Source: Bacillota bacterium (GTDB lineage: Bacteria; Bacillota; Negativicutes; Sporomusales; CTSoil-080). From it: DNA of 64,000 bases. The position numbers were made by a program, and so were the translations under genes. The stretch covers positions 3,443-67,442 of the forward strand of contig JAGGAD010000004.1 of NCBI GenBank assembly GCA_017889625.1, written 5' to 3'. Shown here in pieces: positions 28,526-38,510 of the stretch. The notes under the pieces are model-generated. The model was not told the DNA's origin, did no database searches, and was given only the letters and a program-made list of their open reading frames with translations. Each line of letters begins with the position of its first letter. The first letter of the stretch is position 1.

Positions 28526-29782
28526 TCAATATCTTGAATTTCGTTTACGGCGTGGTAGCGCAGCATCAATGACGTCGTCAACGGTAATAATGCCCACGAG
28601 TTTTTCATCCGTATCTATAACCGGCACCGCTAACAAATCGTATTTACGAATAAGGTTAAATACATCTTCCAAAGAAGCTTCATCCCCTACGGTAATAACC
28701 CGCTGTTGCATTAAATCAGCCAATTTTGTGGCTGGCTGAGCAACAATTAGCTCGCGCAGTGACAACACTCCCGCCATATGCTCATCCTCATCAATGACAT
28801 AGATATAATAAATTGTCTCAGCCTCAGGTGCCAGGCGCCGCAGTTCATTAATTGTTTCATCAGCTGTTAAGTGCTGCGGTAAAGCGATATATTCAGTAGT
28901 CATGAGACTTCCTGCTTCATCTTCTTCATATTCACGAAGCTCTTTAACTTCGATCGCTTCCTCATACTTCATCATATTCAGCAGTTCTTGGGCCTTTTCT
29001 TCTTCCATTTCATTGAGAACGTCAGCAGCATCGTCAGTAGCCATCATTTCCAATATATCAGCGGCTTGATCCGTACTTATCCCTTCCAAAATCGAAGCCT
29101 GCAGGTCTGTTTCCATTTCCGACAAGGTTTCAGCAGCCTTCTCCGCATCCCAGGTTTGAAAAATAGCTGATCGGTCAGATGCGTTAAGCTCACTGACAAT
29201 TTGTGCCACATCATAGGGATGAAGGGTAGCCAGCTTTCCTTGTGCCACTGAAAGCTTAATTGCTGATAAATCCGGAGTTATCAGGTCAACGTAATCCCAG
29301 GAGATAAGCTTTTCTGGCACATCTTTTGAAAACCATCCGGCCATCTTTTTAAAGATTCGCTCTCCCCCCAAGCGGCGCACCAAGCCCCTAATACCAATAT
29401 CAACCGCTACCAGCCGGTATTCATTATTGGCCTCGGTAATCTTAAGATCATTAACCCTCACAACTTTAGCCCCATCAATATCAACAATCTGGCGATCAAG
29501 AAGATCCCGCCGCAAAAATATTTCATTATCGGCACGATTCGGCTGAGTTAAATCGCTGCGCAATATATTTAGCGAAACGATCTGTTTATTCATCATCGCG
29601 ATATGTCTATCACTAATTATAACAGTCTCTAAACGACGTCTAACCTCAATCCCAGACACTCTGGGGAAACCTGGCTCAAGAACTATCAGAACATCGGTTA
29701 TTTTCCCTACTTTTTTACCAATTTTATCAATAACTAAATTACCAATAAGTTGACTTAGGAAAACTTCCGTAAAGAACAACAT
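28526..29782 (-). CDS. soluble PRC-barrel / MgtE-N / CBS-pair protein (MgtE cytoplasmic portion without the membrane domain)
   Basis: 418 aa. It has two PRC-barrel-like segments at the N-terminus, an acidic MgtE_N helical region (DQAADILEMMATDDAADVL) and a CBS pair. The protein ends directly after the CBS pair with no hydrophobic helices. Confidence 0.7.
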   Translation of the reverse strand: MLFFTEVFLSQLIGNLVIDKIGKKVGKITDVLIVLEPGFPRVSGIEVRRRLETVIISDRHIAMMNKQIVSLNILRSDLTQPNRADNEIFLRRDLLDRQIVDIDGAKVVRVNDLKITEANNEYRLVAVDIGIRGLVRRLGGERIFKKMAGWFSKDVPEKLISWDYVDLITPDLSAIKLSVAQGKLATLHPYDVAQIVSELNASDRSAIFQTWDAEKAAETLSEMETDLQASILEGISTDQAADILEMMATDDAADVLNEMEEEKAQELLNMMKYEEAIEVKELREYEEDEAGSLMTTEYIALPQHLTADETINELRRLAPEAETIYYIYVIDEDEHMAGVLSLRELIVAQPATKLADLMQQRVITVGDEASLEDVFNLIRKYDLLAVPVIDTDEKLVGIITVDDVIDAALPRRKRNSRY

Positions 29783-29810
29783 CCTATCTCCCTCCCAGCA
29801 CTACCATCAA

Positions 29811-30701
29811 CTATTCATAACCTAATGTTTTCAGAACCCCGGATCGATTGCGCCAATCTTTTTTTACTTTCACCCATAAATCTAAAAATGCTTTTGAGCC
29901 TAGTAAGTTTTCAATATCCGCACGGGCCGCTTGCCCAACTTCTTTTAGCACTTTCCCACCAGCGCCAATAACAATGCCTTTTTGGGAATCGCGTTCAACA
30001 TATATTACAGCCCGTACATAAAGATCTTCATTCGAACGCACGGTGATTTCTTCAATATCCACTGCTATGGCATGAGGAATTTCTTCTCGGGTAACATGCA
30101 ACACCTTTTCTCTGATAAGTTCAGCAATCAGCATACGTTCAGGCTGATCGGTTATCATGTCATCTGGATAGTACTTGGGCCCCGGCTCAAGGTGTTTCTT
30201 AATTTCAGTAACCAGGCTGTCCAAATTAGTTTTTTGGGCCGCTGATATTGGAACAATCGCCGCAAATTCCCGTTTACCCTGATAACGTTCAATAGCCGGA
30301 AGAACTTTGGCATAAGGAACCTTGTCGATTTTATTAATGACCAGCACCACCGGGGTCGACACCGCTTTTAACCGTTCCAATATATATTCTTCGCCCGGCC
30401 CCGGTTCTTCCGTAACATCCACTACAAACAACACAACATCAACTTCACGCAAAGTATTTTCAGCGGTATGTACCATATATTCACCAAGTTTATGGCGGGG
30501 TTTATGAATCCCAGGGGTATCAATAAACAGAATCTGTGCATCTTCGACATTTAAAATGCACATAATTTTATTGCGGGTTGTCTGTGGTTTATCCGACATA
30601 ATAGCAATCTTTTGACCAATCAGGCTATTAACCAACGTCGATTTCCCCACATTGGGGCGGCCAATAGCAGCAACAAATCCTGATTTAAATATATTATTCA
30701 T
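29811..30701 (-). CDS. era: GTPase Era
   Basis: It has G1 GRPNVGKST, G3 DTPG, G4 NKID and a KH domain. I trimmed the start to ATG 30701 (AGGAGAGGA upstream), which overlaps the cdd stop by 8 nt. Confidence 0.95.
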   Translation of the reverse strand: MNNIFKSGFVAAIGRPNVGKSTLVNSLIGQKIAIMSDKPQTTRNKIMCILNVEDAQILFIDTPGIHKPRHKLGEYMVHTAENTLREVDVVLFVVDVTEEPGPGEEYILERLKAVSTPVVLVINKIDKVPYAKVLPAIERYQGKREFAAIVPISAAQKTNLDSLVTEIKKHLEPGPKYYPDDMITDQPERMLIAELIREKVLHVTREEIPHAIAVDIEEITVRSNEDLYVRAVIYVERDSQKGIVIGAGGKVLKEVGQAARADIENLLGSKAFLDLWVKVKKDWRNRSGVLKTLGYE

Positions 30702-31098
30702 TATTTTTATCCTCTCCTGGCAAGTCTGTTTTTTCAAATCCCCATGGCAACAACTCAGCCATGGATACCATATGTGTTTTACCACTTGTATTGGCCATAA
30801 TAATAGTGCTAATACCAAATTCGACCATTACTTGGCGACAGGCTCCACAAGGCGCAACTGGATCTTTGGAATCGGCCACCAGCGCAATTGTGTCGAGAAC
30901 TCGTTCTCCATCGGATATCGCTTTAAATATCGCTGTACGCTCAGCACAGTTAGTAAGACCATATGAAGCATTTTCAATATTGCTGCCTGTATAAATCTTA
31001 CCACTTGCCCCCCTAACTGCCGCACCAACATTAAAGTGTGAATAGGGCGCATAAGCCTTAGTCCTAGCATGTTTTGCTGCCATAATTAGTTCATCCAT
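30694..31098 (-). CDS. cdd: cytidine deaminase
   Basis: 134 aa. It has the zinc motifs CAER and PCG.CRQ. Confidence 0.9.
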   Translation of the reverse strand: MDELIMAAKHARTKAYAPYSHFNVGAAVRGASGKIYTGSNIENASYGLTNCAERTAIFKAISDGERVLDTIALVADSKDPVAPCGACRQVMVEFGISTIIMANTSGKTHMVSMAELLPWGFEKTDLPGEDKNNE

Positions 31099-31117
31099 GT
31101 TTCAGTTGCCCCCTTAC

Positions 31118-31474
31118 CTAACCAACCAGTCGCTTAAAAAATATAATATAAGCAACAGCCAAAGAAGCCAGCGCCATAATTAACACCGCACCCGCTGCAG
31201 TATCTTTAGCTCGCTTTGCTAAGGGATGAAACTCCGGCGAAACTAAGTCTACTGCCGCTTCCAACGCAGTGTTAATAATCTCCGCTGATATGACCCCCGC
31301 AATTGTCAACACCAATATAGCCCACTCAAGTGGCGAAATAACTAAAAACCAAGCAAGCAATAGTGCCGTGGCACCAGCAACGAGATGAACTTTCATATTG
31401 CGCTGAGTTACAATGGAATATACCACTCCAGACCAGGCATACGAAAATACCTTAACCCAATTTTTATTGCCCAT
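31118..31474 (-). CDS. dgkA: diacylglycerol kinase / undecaprenol kinase family
   Basis: 118 aa with three TM helices. It has the EIINTA.E motif. Confidence 0.85.
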   Translation of the reverse strand: MGNKNWVKVFSYAWSGVVYSIVTQRNMKVHLVAGATALLLAWFLVISPLEWAILVLTIAGVISAEIINTALEAAVDLVSPEFHPLAKRAKDTAAGAVLIMALASLAVAYIIFFKRLVG

Positions 31475-31493
31475 AAAACTACCTTTTTTCTGC

Positions 31494-31967
31494 TTATTCG
31501 TCGTCCCTGCTAATACCTAATTTCATTAGTATATTTTCTTCTTGCTGGCGCATTTTTACTTTGTCTTGTTCATCTTCATGATCATATCCAACTAAATGTA
31601 ACATGCCATGAACTGTCAAATAAGCTAATTCCCGATCCAGACTATGACCATATTCTTCAGCTTGACGCTCAGCAGTCTCTATAGAGATGATAATATCTCC
31701 TAACAATGACTCCTCCGGGCCGTCTAGTACCGCTGGCTCGTCACCTTCATCTAACGCAAAAGACAACACATCAGTCGCCATATCCTTGCCCCGGTAATCC
31801 CTATTTAATTCGCGAATGTATTCGTCATCAACAAATACTACACTAACCTCAGTATGTTCATCAATTGCCAATACTTCCGCAGCTTTACTCAGAACTGCCG
31901 TCACTGTTTTTTCCATTTGAGCTGTTATCGGCTTCTTTTCCTGCATATTGTTTAGAACTGCTTCCAT
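31494..31967 (-). CDS. ybeY: rRNA maturation RNase YbeY
   Basis: It has the motif HG.LHL.GYDH. The true start may be an internal Met (for example 31919), which would shorten the apparent 83-nt overlap with the upstream gene. Confidence 0.85.
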   Translation of the reverse strand: MEAVLNNMQEKKPITAQMEKTVTAVLSKAAEVLAIDEHTEVSVVFVDDEYIRELNRDYRGKDMATDVLSFALDEGDEPAVLDGPEESLLGDIIISIETAERQAEEYGHSLDRELAYLTVHGMLHLVGYDHEDEQDKVKMRQQEENILMKLGISRDDE

Positions 31968-34068
31968 TTTTAGTCCGTCTCCTCTCTAACTCTTTCAAAG
32001 CGTCAGGATATTCAATACGATGATGAAACATGCTTGATAATACCCTGGTGTATACATCGCCAATTACATTAAGATCTCTGAAAGTCAAATCACATTCGTC
32101 TAGTTGCCCATCATTAAGTCGCTGACGAATCAGCTTACGTACTGTCACTTCAATGCGGTTAACATTTGGTCTTGACAACGAACGCACCGCCGCCTCACAA
32201 GCATCAGCCAACATCACCAGCGCAGCTTCCTTCTTTTGGGGACGGGGACCTTCATAGCGAAAGTCGGCTTCAACAATACATTCGCTATGTTCATTTTCCG
32301 TTGCCCGTTTATAAAAGTATGATACTAACATGGTTCCATGATGCTGTTGGATGACATCAATAACAATTTGCGGAAGTTTATATTCACGGCATAAATCAAT
32401 GCCATCTTTGATATGTGAAGTGATTATCAGCGTACTAAGTGATGGTGCTATTTTGTCATGGGGATTTTCTCCTTCTGACTGATTCTCAGCAAAAAAGAAC
32501 GGTCGTTTTATTTTTCCAACGTCATGATAATACGCGCCAACTCTTACACTTGCTGGATCAGCGCCAATTAGGTCTGCAGCTGTTTCCGCCAGATTACCCA
32601 CCAGCAGACTGTGATGGTATGTTCCCGGGGCCTCCAATAGCAAGCGTTGCAATAAGGGATGGCCCGGATTGGCCAGTTCTAGTAGTTTGTACGAAGTAGT
32701 GATATTAAACGCATGTTCTAAGTATGGCAATAGGCCAATGGTAATAATCGCAGCAACGATCCCCCCCAAAATGCCATGTAACCCTTGCATAAGAATCTGG
32801 GGCGGATTTACCTGTTCTAAAAGTCCGGTGGCACCGATAACGATAAAGTTCATTACGGCAAGATAAATCCCGGTTTTAGCTAAACTATAGCCATTCTTCA
32901 TTTTAGATACGCTATAAACCCCTGTCATGCCGCTTAGCATAGTAAGAACTACTGCTCTAAGTTCATGGTCAGCAATGATTCCAAACATCATAGCTACAGC
33001 TACGTTAACAATCATCCCGACCTTCGAGTCGATTAATATTGCAGTTAATAGTGCTCCAGTGGCCAGCGGTGCAGCAAAATCCGAATAATAATGTGCCGCT
33101 TTTCCCACAAGCAAAGTTACTACCATAATCAGCCCTAAAAGCACCATTTTTAAATCACTTTGCAATATTTCCTGATGAAATTTATACAAGAACCCTAAAA
33201 CAAATGCCATAACCAACAACACAAAAACAGCTAAACCAAAAATTCGAATCTCATTAATATCACCACGGTGCAAGCCAAGTTCTTCCATTACGTGAATTTG
33301 TTCTTCGCTAACAACATCACCGCGCCGTACCAAAACCTCCCCTTTTTTCACTGTTTCGCGCACCGGCTCGACATTAGCTAAGGCTACTTGTTTGCGTTTA
33401 TCTGTTTCCCGTACATTCATAATGAAATTAGGTTTTAGTAAAACCTGAGCAATCCCAGCCACCGACGCCTCAGCATTTTTACCTAATCCAAGCTGTTCAG
33501 TATCCAACACAATATTTTTACGGTCGGTATCAAAGCCGTCATCACGCACCCCGCGCTGAAAATACTTACGCAAGGTACTTTTTGTATATTCCTCCGAGCT
33601 GACAAGCGCAGCCGTATCCAGGCTAACTAAACTGTTAAGCGCACTAGCCGGCAATGGAACAGGTAGACCGGCCTGGAGTTTAGTTGCTTTTTGTTCAAGC
33701 GTGACGAGCGTACTATCAGCTACAACACCTTTAGCAAGAGAAAAAATAGTTGTAACAGTTTCTTCCGCTTTAGCGGCCACAGTAACATCAAAATCATAGA
33801 CACTGGCCACATTAGCCAACACTTCTTCTTCTAACTTTCTGGTCTTAATTGCATTAACATACGATACTGACCGCGGGGCAATGACATCCCGATCACTTAC
33901 CTGCCCCACTTGCAGCGGCACCTTGTCCGAAATAAATTCAGCTGACAACACAATCATGAACAACGAAAAAAATGCCAGCCCCAACACAATTCGGCGCGTT
34001 AACGGCCCTGCGTGCCAATTGACCGGCTGACTAAATAAGCCTTTAATTTTATTTGAAAACAATGACAT
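31885..34068 (-). CDS. pgpH: 7TM-receptor HD-domain phosphohydrolase (YqfF/PgpH-type, cyclic-di-AMP phosphodiesterase family)
   Basis: 727 aa. It has an extracellular N-domain, seven TM helices and an HD domain (YHHSL.VGNLAE...HD.GK). Its position upstream of ybeY is syntenic. Confidence 0.8.
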   Translation of the reverse strand: MSLFSNKIKGLFSQPVNWHAGPLTRRIVLGLAFFSLFMIVLSAEFISDKVPLQVGQVSDRDVIAPRSVSYVNAIKTRKLEEEVLANVASVYDFDVTVAAKAEETVTTIFSLAKGVVADSTLVTLEQKATKLQAGLPVPLPASALNSLVSLDTAALVSSEEYTKSTLRKYFQRGVRDDGFDTDRKNIVLDTEQLGLGKNAEASVAGIAQVLLKPNFIMNVRETDKRKQVALANVEPVRETVKKGEVLVRRGDVVSEEQIHVMEELGLHRGDINEIRIFGLAVFVLLVMAFVLGFLYKFHQEILQSDLKMVLLGLIMVVTLLVGKAAHYYSDFAAPLATGALLTAILIDSKVGMIVNVAVAMMFGIIADHELRAVVLTMLSGMTGVYSVSKMKNGYSLAKTGIYLAVMNFIVIGATGLLEQVNPPQILMQGLHGILGGIVAAIITIGLLPYLEHAFNITTSYKLLELANPGHPLLQRLLLEAPGTYHHSLLVGNLAETAADLIGADPASVRVGAYYHDVGKIKRPFFFAENQSEGENPHDKIAPSLSTLIITSHIKDGIDLCREYKLPQIVIDVIQQHHGTMLVSYFYKRATENEHSECIVEADFRYEGPRPQKKEAALVMLADACEAAVRSLSRPNVNRIEVTVRKLIRQRLNDGQLDECDLTFRDLNVIGDVYTRVLSSMFHHRIEYPDALKELERRRTKNGSSSKQYAGKEADNSSNGKNSDGSSE

Positions 34069-34287
34069 TCATTCAACCCCAAATCAACCGAACTAGTTAG
34101 CCCGGCTTCAGATTTGTTCCTTGATAATCGTTTCTTTTTGATTATACCATATTACCAATTTTTAAGGGAAAAACTGTAATAACCACTACAAGAAAAGTTT
34201 TCCCTTCTATTACCATTCCTATTCCTTTGATAGTTTTTCCCCGTTTAGCGAAAATAAACTAGTTTTCTCACCAGCAAATTAACCTCT

Positions 34288-35514
34288 TCATGGCGTTAAC
34301 AAAGTCACTCTGGTAAAGCCTATATCTTCGACTGTTTCCATCGAAACTTTGACTCTGATAAGCCCAGGTAGCGAAGTATTCAAGACTTCGCTACCATGGA
34401 CCAAAACTTGCGCATTTTCAGGAATCTGACTTTCAATCGCTTTTATAGCTTGAGTCTTTGCTAAATCAAGTGCTTCTTCCGGACTTATTTCATGTCGTTC
34501 AACGCTGACCTCATAAAATACACTTACTTTAGTTTCGACAGCAAAACCCGTATTCCTCCAATTTGGCAACTTTTTGTAAATTACTTCGGTTTCATAATTT
34601 GTGAAAGGAGGTGACGAAACCTTTTTTAAATCAATTACACTCTCACCAGCTTTCAACGCCACTGCAAACCGACGTCTGCCCGTTCGCCTGAATTCTTCCC
34701 GCACCAAACCAGCTTCACCATAGCTTTCATACCATACCCTAGCCTTGACAATTCCATTGGCCCGAATGTATTGATCGGAAGTTTGCGGAACTGGCGGTCG
34801 CTGCTCAGCCAGTTCAAGAATAGGCTGGCTTAGAACTCCTTTTATCAGGATATCCCCCCGCCTTACAGTGTCACCCTTTTTTACCGCCGCCTGGCCAGCA
34901 ATAGCAATAAGTTCAGTAATAACACCATCTTTTGTAGCAACAATATCAGCCGGAGTTTTATCCTCCGTTTTCGCCATTGTTTTTTCCACAATCTCGACAA
35001 CGGCTCTTGTTCCAGTAATTTTCACTCCAACCCACGCAACTTCCGGCACGTTAAGTAATATGCTAGTTTCAATTTCTTTTTCTTTTACACTGTTTTTAGC
35101 AGCACCTGACCTAAGCCCATGGTCAGCAGCAATAGCTTTAATCCGATCACCAGAAATAGTCTTTATTCCTTCAATATCAACAAACCAAATATATGAGGTT
35201 AATACCTCCAACAATAGCATAAACATCACGGCACCTACAAGTAACATTTTGCGCCGTTTAAACCGTTTAAGGGCAAATGGCAATCCCCTAGTGCCAATTA
35301 CGCGAACCTTGACCCTGCTTTTTAACGCCGGCTTCCTGATTTTAAAGAAGTCCGGCAGCCGTACATAAGCATATACGGCGTTGCCATCCTTCTTTATCCC
35401 CCACAGTAAAAGACCTCTGGCTAGACACAAATTTATAAATTTTTCAGGAAAATCACCAGTAATCTTTATCCGGATTACACCGGTCGTATAGTTGGCCATA
35501 TTACGAGTCAACAC
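34288..35514 (-). CDS. yqfD: sporulation protein YqfD
   Basis: 408 aa. It has the family layout (an N-terminal soluble part, one TM helix, C-terminal repeats) and is paired with yqfC. Confidence 0.8.
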   Translation of the reverse strand: MLTRNMANYTTGVIRIKITGDFPEKFINLCLARGLLLWGIKKDGNAVYAYVRLPDFFKIRKPALKSRVKVRVIGTRGLPFALKRFKRRKMLLVGAVMFMLLLEVLTSYIWFVDIEGIKTISGDRIKAIAADHGLRSGAAKNSVKEKEIETSILLNVPEVAWVGVKITGTRAVVEIVEKTMAKTEDKTPADIVATKDGVITELIAIAGQAAVKKGDTVRRGDILIKGVLSQPILELAEQRPPVPQTSDQYIRANGIVKARVWYESYGEAGLVREEFRRTGRRRFAVALKAGESVIDLKKVSSPPFTNYETEVIYKKLPNWRNTGFAVETKVSVFYEVSVERHEISPEEALDLAKTQAIKAIESQIPENAQVLVHGSEVLNTSLPGLIRVKVSMETVEDIGFTRVTLLTP

Positions 35515-35525
35515 CGGCCGGCCTC

Positions 35526-35795
35526 CTAAATTTCATATTTTACTCCCGTTACCGTTCCCTCTACCAATATCTGTTCAGCCTGTAAATTTCCCAGAGTTAA
35601 ATCTTGACCAGTTATAATAAGCTCACCATTGTTAAGCTTGATTCGCACTAATGGTGACGTATACTCAATAATGCCCTTATGGTTCTCAACAAGAAGTTGT
35701 TTGTTGCCAAGCATAGTTATTCGCGGCAAATCTAATACAATATCATCGGGTATCTCCAGTAATGCAGCTAGGCGCTCTATTTTTCCCCTTCGCAT
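35526..35795 (-). CDS. yqfC: sporulation protein YqfC
   Basis: 89 aa. It has LPRITMLGN..L.VENH.GI.EY. Confidence 0.8.
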   Translation of the reverse strand: MRRGKIERLAALLEIPDDIVLDLPRITMLGNKQLLVENHKGIIEYTSPLVRIKLNNGELIITGQDLTLGNLQAEQILVEGTVTGVKYEI

Positions 35796-35861
35796 CCCTA
35801 CTCCCCCTCATCTAAAAATGTATGCGTTAAATGAGGGTTTATTCCTACGAAAAAGGCCCTG

Positions 35862-37352
35862 CTAACAACTACGTCCAATAAAATCTTCAAACTTATGCAC
35901 TTTGACCGGTGCCGCAAAGCGCATATAGTTAGTTGCAACAATCATTTCCCCACAATCAAGATTTTTGATTTCATTTCGCTGCTGCAATATGTCCTTACGG
36001 CACATTGCCTCTAATTTATTGCGGTCAGCTTTAGACGCAAGCCCTAGAATAAACAGTGTATTCAACTGGCTTAGCACCTTATCAGCCAAAAGGCGCGGCT
36101 GTTGATCCACCACACATAATCCTAAATTGAATTTGCGAGCCTCGCTGACCAACTTAGCAAAAACATTGTTATTGGCATGTTCCTTTTTGCCTAAAAAACG
36201 ATGTGCTTCCTCCAATACAATGAGTACTGGTTTCGCCGTCAAGCGTTCCTCTTTGATTTTATTTGCATAAGCCTGAAGCAACCGCTGAGAAAGCAAAGTA
36301 GACAATGCCTGCTCTGCGAGCGGCGATATATCCTTCAATTCAATCAATACTACCTTGCCATGTTCCAAATCTGTTACCATATCGCTTACGGTAGATACCG
36401 CATCATCCCCAATATTTAGTTCCTGTTTTAAGTTCCAACAAACGCTCTTTATTTTGCTTATCGTCCGCTGCTGAAACTTCTGCCCAGTAGAAGCATTAAG
36501 ATCATCAATTATATCGGCAGTATCATAGGCTAAGACATCACGCATCCAGTTTTCCTGCCACACCGCCGAAAGTTTATACAACGCATCTAACTGCGGCTCG
36601 GAGAATGTGGCACAAGCGGTAATATCGTCAGGTCCGACAGCGCTATAATCAATAATCAGTCGGCTAGCATAATCAGCTTTAGGATTTGTATTATAAACCT
36701 TAAGCCGCTCACCAATATGAGGATGTTTAGCCAAATCCCGGTAATACTCATTATGCACATCAAATATCAGTAAACCATAACTTGCGTTATCAATAACAGA
36801 TCCCGCAAGTACTTTTACTAAATTACTTTTCCCCGAACCAGTTGTACCAAAGATTCCGATATGCTCGGTAATTGCTTTCGAGCCGTATATACCTACTGGA
36901 AGTTCCAAAATATCCCGACCGCTTTTCAAAAAACCTAATTCAAGATCACCTTTAATTTCGGACAGAAGCTCCGTATCATTAGCACTAAGGCCACGCACTT
37001 CACAAAAGAAATCGGGGCAAGTCTTCGGATTAAAAAGGGTGCCATGTCCATCGGCATAACAAAGCTGCTCCGCCATACCAATCTTGACCGTATGATTACC
37101 ACCGAGGTAAAAATCAAGTTCTTCCTGGTTTGTCACTTGGCCACTTTCATCAAGCTTGCTCATCAGATAACCGACATTACTTACCCCTGACCACCGTGAC
37201 TTCACTTTGAAATCATAGGCTCGGACATAAAAGTGGTCGCCGTTTTTACCTTCCACTACCAGAATATCACCAAAATCGACTTGCTGATTAGGTGCAACAA
37301 CAAATTCAACATATGTTCCTTTTGCATAAGTTAGCCGCCCTTTATACTCCAC
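35862..37352 (-). CDS. HerA-like (FtsK/HerA superfamily, DUF87) ATPase
   Basis: 496 aa. It has an N-terminal HAS-barrel-like segment, Walker A GIFGTTGSGKSN and Walker B PVLIVLEEAHRFL. It starts at a GTG with AAGGGGG 7 nt upstream. Confidence 0.65.
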   Translation of the reverse strand: MEYKGRLTYAKGTYVEFVVAPNQQVDFGDILVVEGKNGDHFYVRAYDFKVKSRWSGVSNVGYLMSKLDESGQVTNQEELDFYLGGNHTVKIGMAEQLCYADGHGTLFNPKTCPDFFCEVRGLSANDTELLSEIKGDLELGFLKSGRDILELPVGIYGSKAITEHIGIFGTTGSGKSNLVKVLAGSVIDNASYGLLIFDVHNEYYRDLAKHPHIGERLKVYNTNPKADYASRLIIDYSAVGPDDITACATFSEPQLDALYKLSAVWQENWMRDVLAYDTADIIDDLNASTGQKFQQRTISKIKSVCWNLKQELNIGDDAVSTVSDMVTDLEHGKVVLIELKDISPLAEQALSTLLSQRLLQAYANKIKEERLTAKPVLIVLEEAHRFLGKKEHANNNVFAKLVSEARKFNLGLCVVDQQPRLLADKVLSQLNTLFILGLASKADRNKLEAMCRKDILQQRNEIKNLDCGEMIVATNYMRFAAPVKVHKFEDFIGRSC

Positions 37353-37560
37353 GCTAAAGCCCCCTTTTCTATTTATTTTTTAACCATAGTTTATTGTACA
37401 CATAAGCGCACAAAAAAAACGGCCCAGTAAAAGGTTTCCTTTTCCATATCTTTTTCAATAATTTTAATATTACTTCTTTGATAATTTTCTTGTAAGTTAC
37501 AAGTCTCTTATAATAAAATACAGATAGATTTTCTATTATTAACAACTAAAGGAGACTATT

Positions 37561-38412
37561 ATGCCACAAAAAATCATCCAATACCTTATGATTTCAATCG
37601 GTTGTCTGTTAGCGGCATGTTCACTCAACCTTTTCTTTGTTCCTCATCATTTATTAAGTTACGGGATAAGCGGGCTGGCAATTATCTTTTATTACCTGTT
37701 TAGCTGGCCAATTGGTATTCAAATGTTAATAATGAATATCCCCCTCTTTTTCTTGGGCTATCGTCTTATTGGTAAATCATATGTACTCTCTACCATTTAC
37801 GGGGCGATTCTTTTATCCGTTGCAATTGATGCTACCAGGTTTTTATCCTATACCCCCATCATTGACGACCCTATTATTTCAGCAATAACCGGTGGCATTG
37901 TCAGCGGTCTGGGCTCAGGAATTATGTTCCGCGCCAACGGTAGCGCTGGCGGGCTGGACATCGTCGTTTCGATTATAAAAAAATACTATTCATTTAATGT
38001 CGGTCTAGTCGGTTTCGGTATAAACTTACTTATCATGCTCTTTGCCGCCTGCTTTTTCGGTCTTAAACTGGCAGTATTAACCCTTATTGCCATGTTTATC
38101 GGTGCCCAATTAACCGATAAAGTCGTAGAAGGCCTGAATAATAAAAAAAGCATCTATATCATTTCTTACAACTCAGAAAGAATCATCGAATCAATTATTC
38201 GCGAAGTTGGTCGTGGTGCCACCATTTTAAGCGGAGTTGGAGCGTACACCAGGCAGAATAAGCAAGTTATCTTCGTCGTCGTCAACCTCACCCAAATTAC
38301 CCAAATTAAGCAATTAGTTCATGATGCCGACCCCGATGCCTTTATGATTGTATCTGATGCTACTGAAGTACTTGGCAAAGGGTTTACCTTACCTAACTTA
38401 ATTAAACCTTAA
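37561..38412 (+). CDS. YitT family membrane protein (DUF2179 C-terminal domain)
   Basis: 283 aa. It has a repeated YitT membrane domain followed by a soluble C-terminal DUF2179-like domain. Confidence 0.8.
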   Translation: MPQKIIQYLMISIGCLLAACSLNLFFVPHHLLSYGISGLAIIFYYLFSWPIGIQMLIMNIPLFFLGYRLIGKSYVLSTIYGAILLSVAIDATRFLSYTPIIDDPIISAITGGIVSGLGSGIMFRANGSAGGLDIVVSIIKKYYSFNVGLVGFGINLLIMLFAACFFGLKLAVLTLIAMFIGAQLTDKVVEGLNNKKSIYIISYNSERIIESIIREVGRGATILSGVGAYTRQNKQVIFVVVNLTQITQIKQLVHDADPDAFMIVSDATEVLGKGFTLPNLIKP

Positions 38413-38419
38413 CAATAGC

Positions 38420-38466
38420 AAAACACTGTTTTTACCCAAATCATGGGGTAAAAACAGTGTTTTTTT
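38420..38466. terminator. bidirectional intrinsic terminator
   Basis: An 18-bp stem aaaacactgtttttaccc/ggggtaaaaacagtgtttt with a T-run, lying between convergent genes. Confidence 0.7.
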
Positions 38467-38510
38467 CTATACTGAAACCAACTTTCCTAAGTTATAAAAT
38501 AAATCTATCC

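Noticed and set aside
34069-34287. Gap between yqfD and pgpH where many Firmicutes carry phoH
   Set aside because: The 220-bp gap shows no ORF remnant or pseudogene signal in any frame, so this is simply an absence and not a feature.
34868-35368. 166-aa plus-strand ORF
   Set aside because: It is antisense to yqfD, has no RBS, and its Ser/Thr/Ile-rich composition is typical of antisense frames.
37489-37503. Palindrome cttgtaa-g-ttacaag just upstream of a TATAAT box before the YitT gene
   Set aside because: It is short (7-bp arms), and I could not tie it to a regulator. I noted it only as a possible operator.
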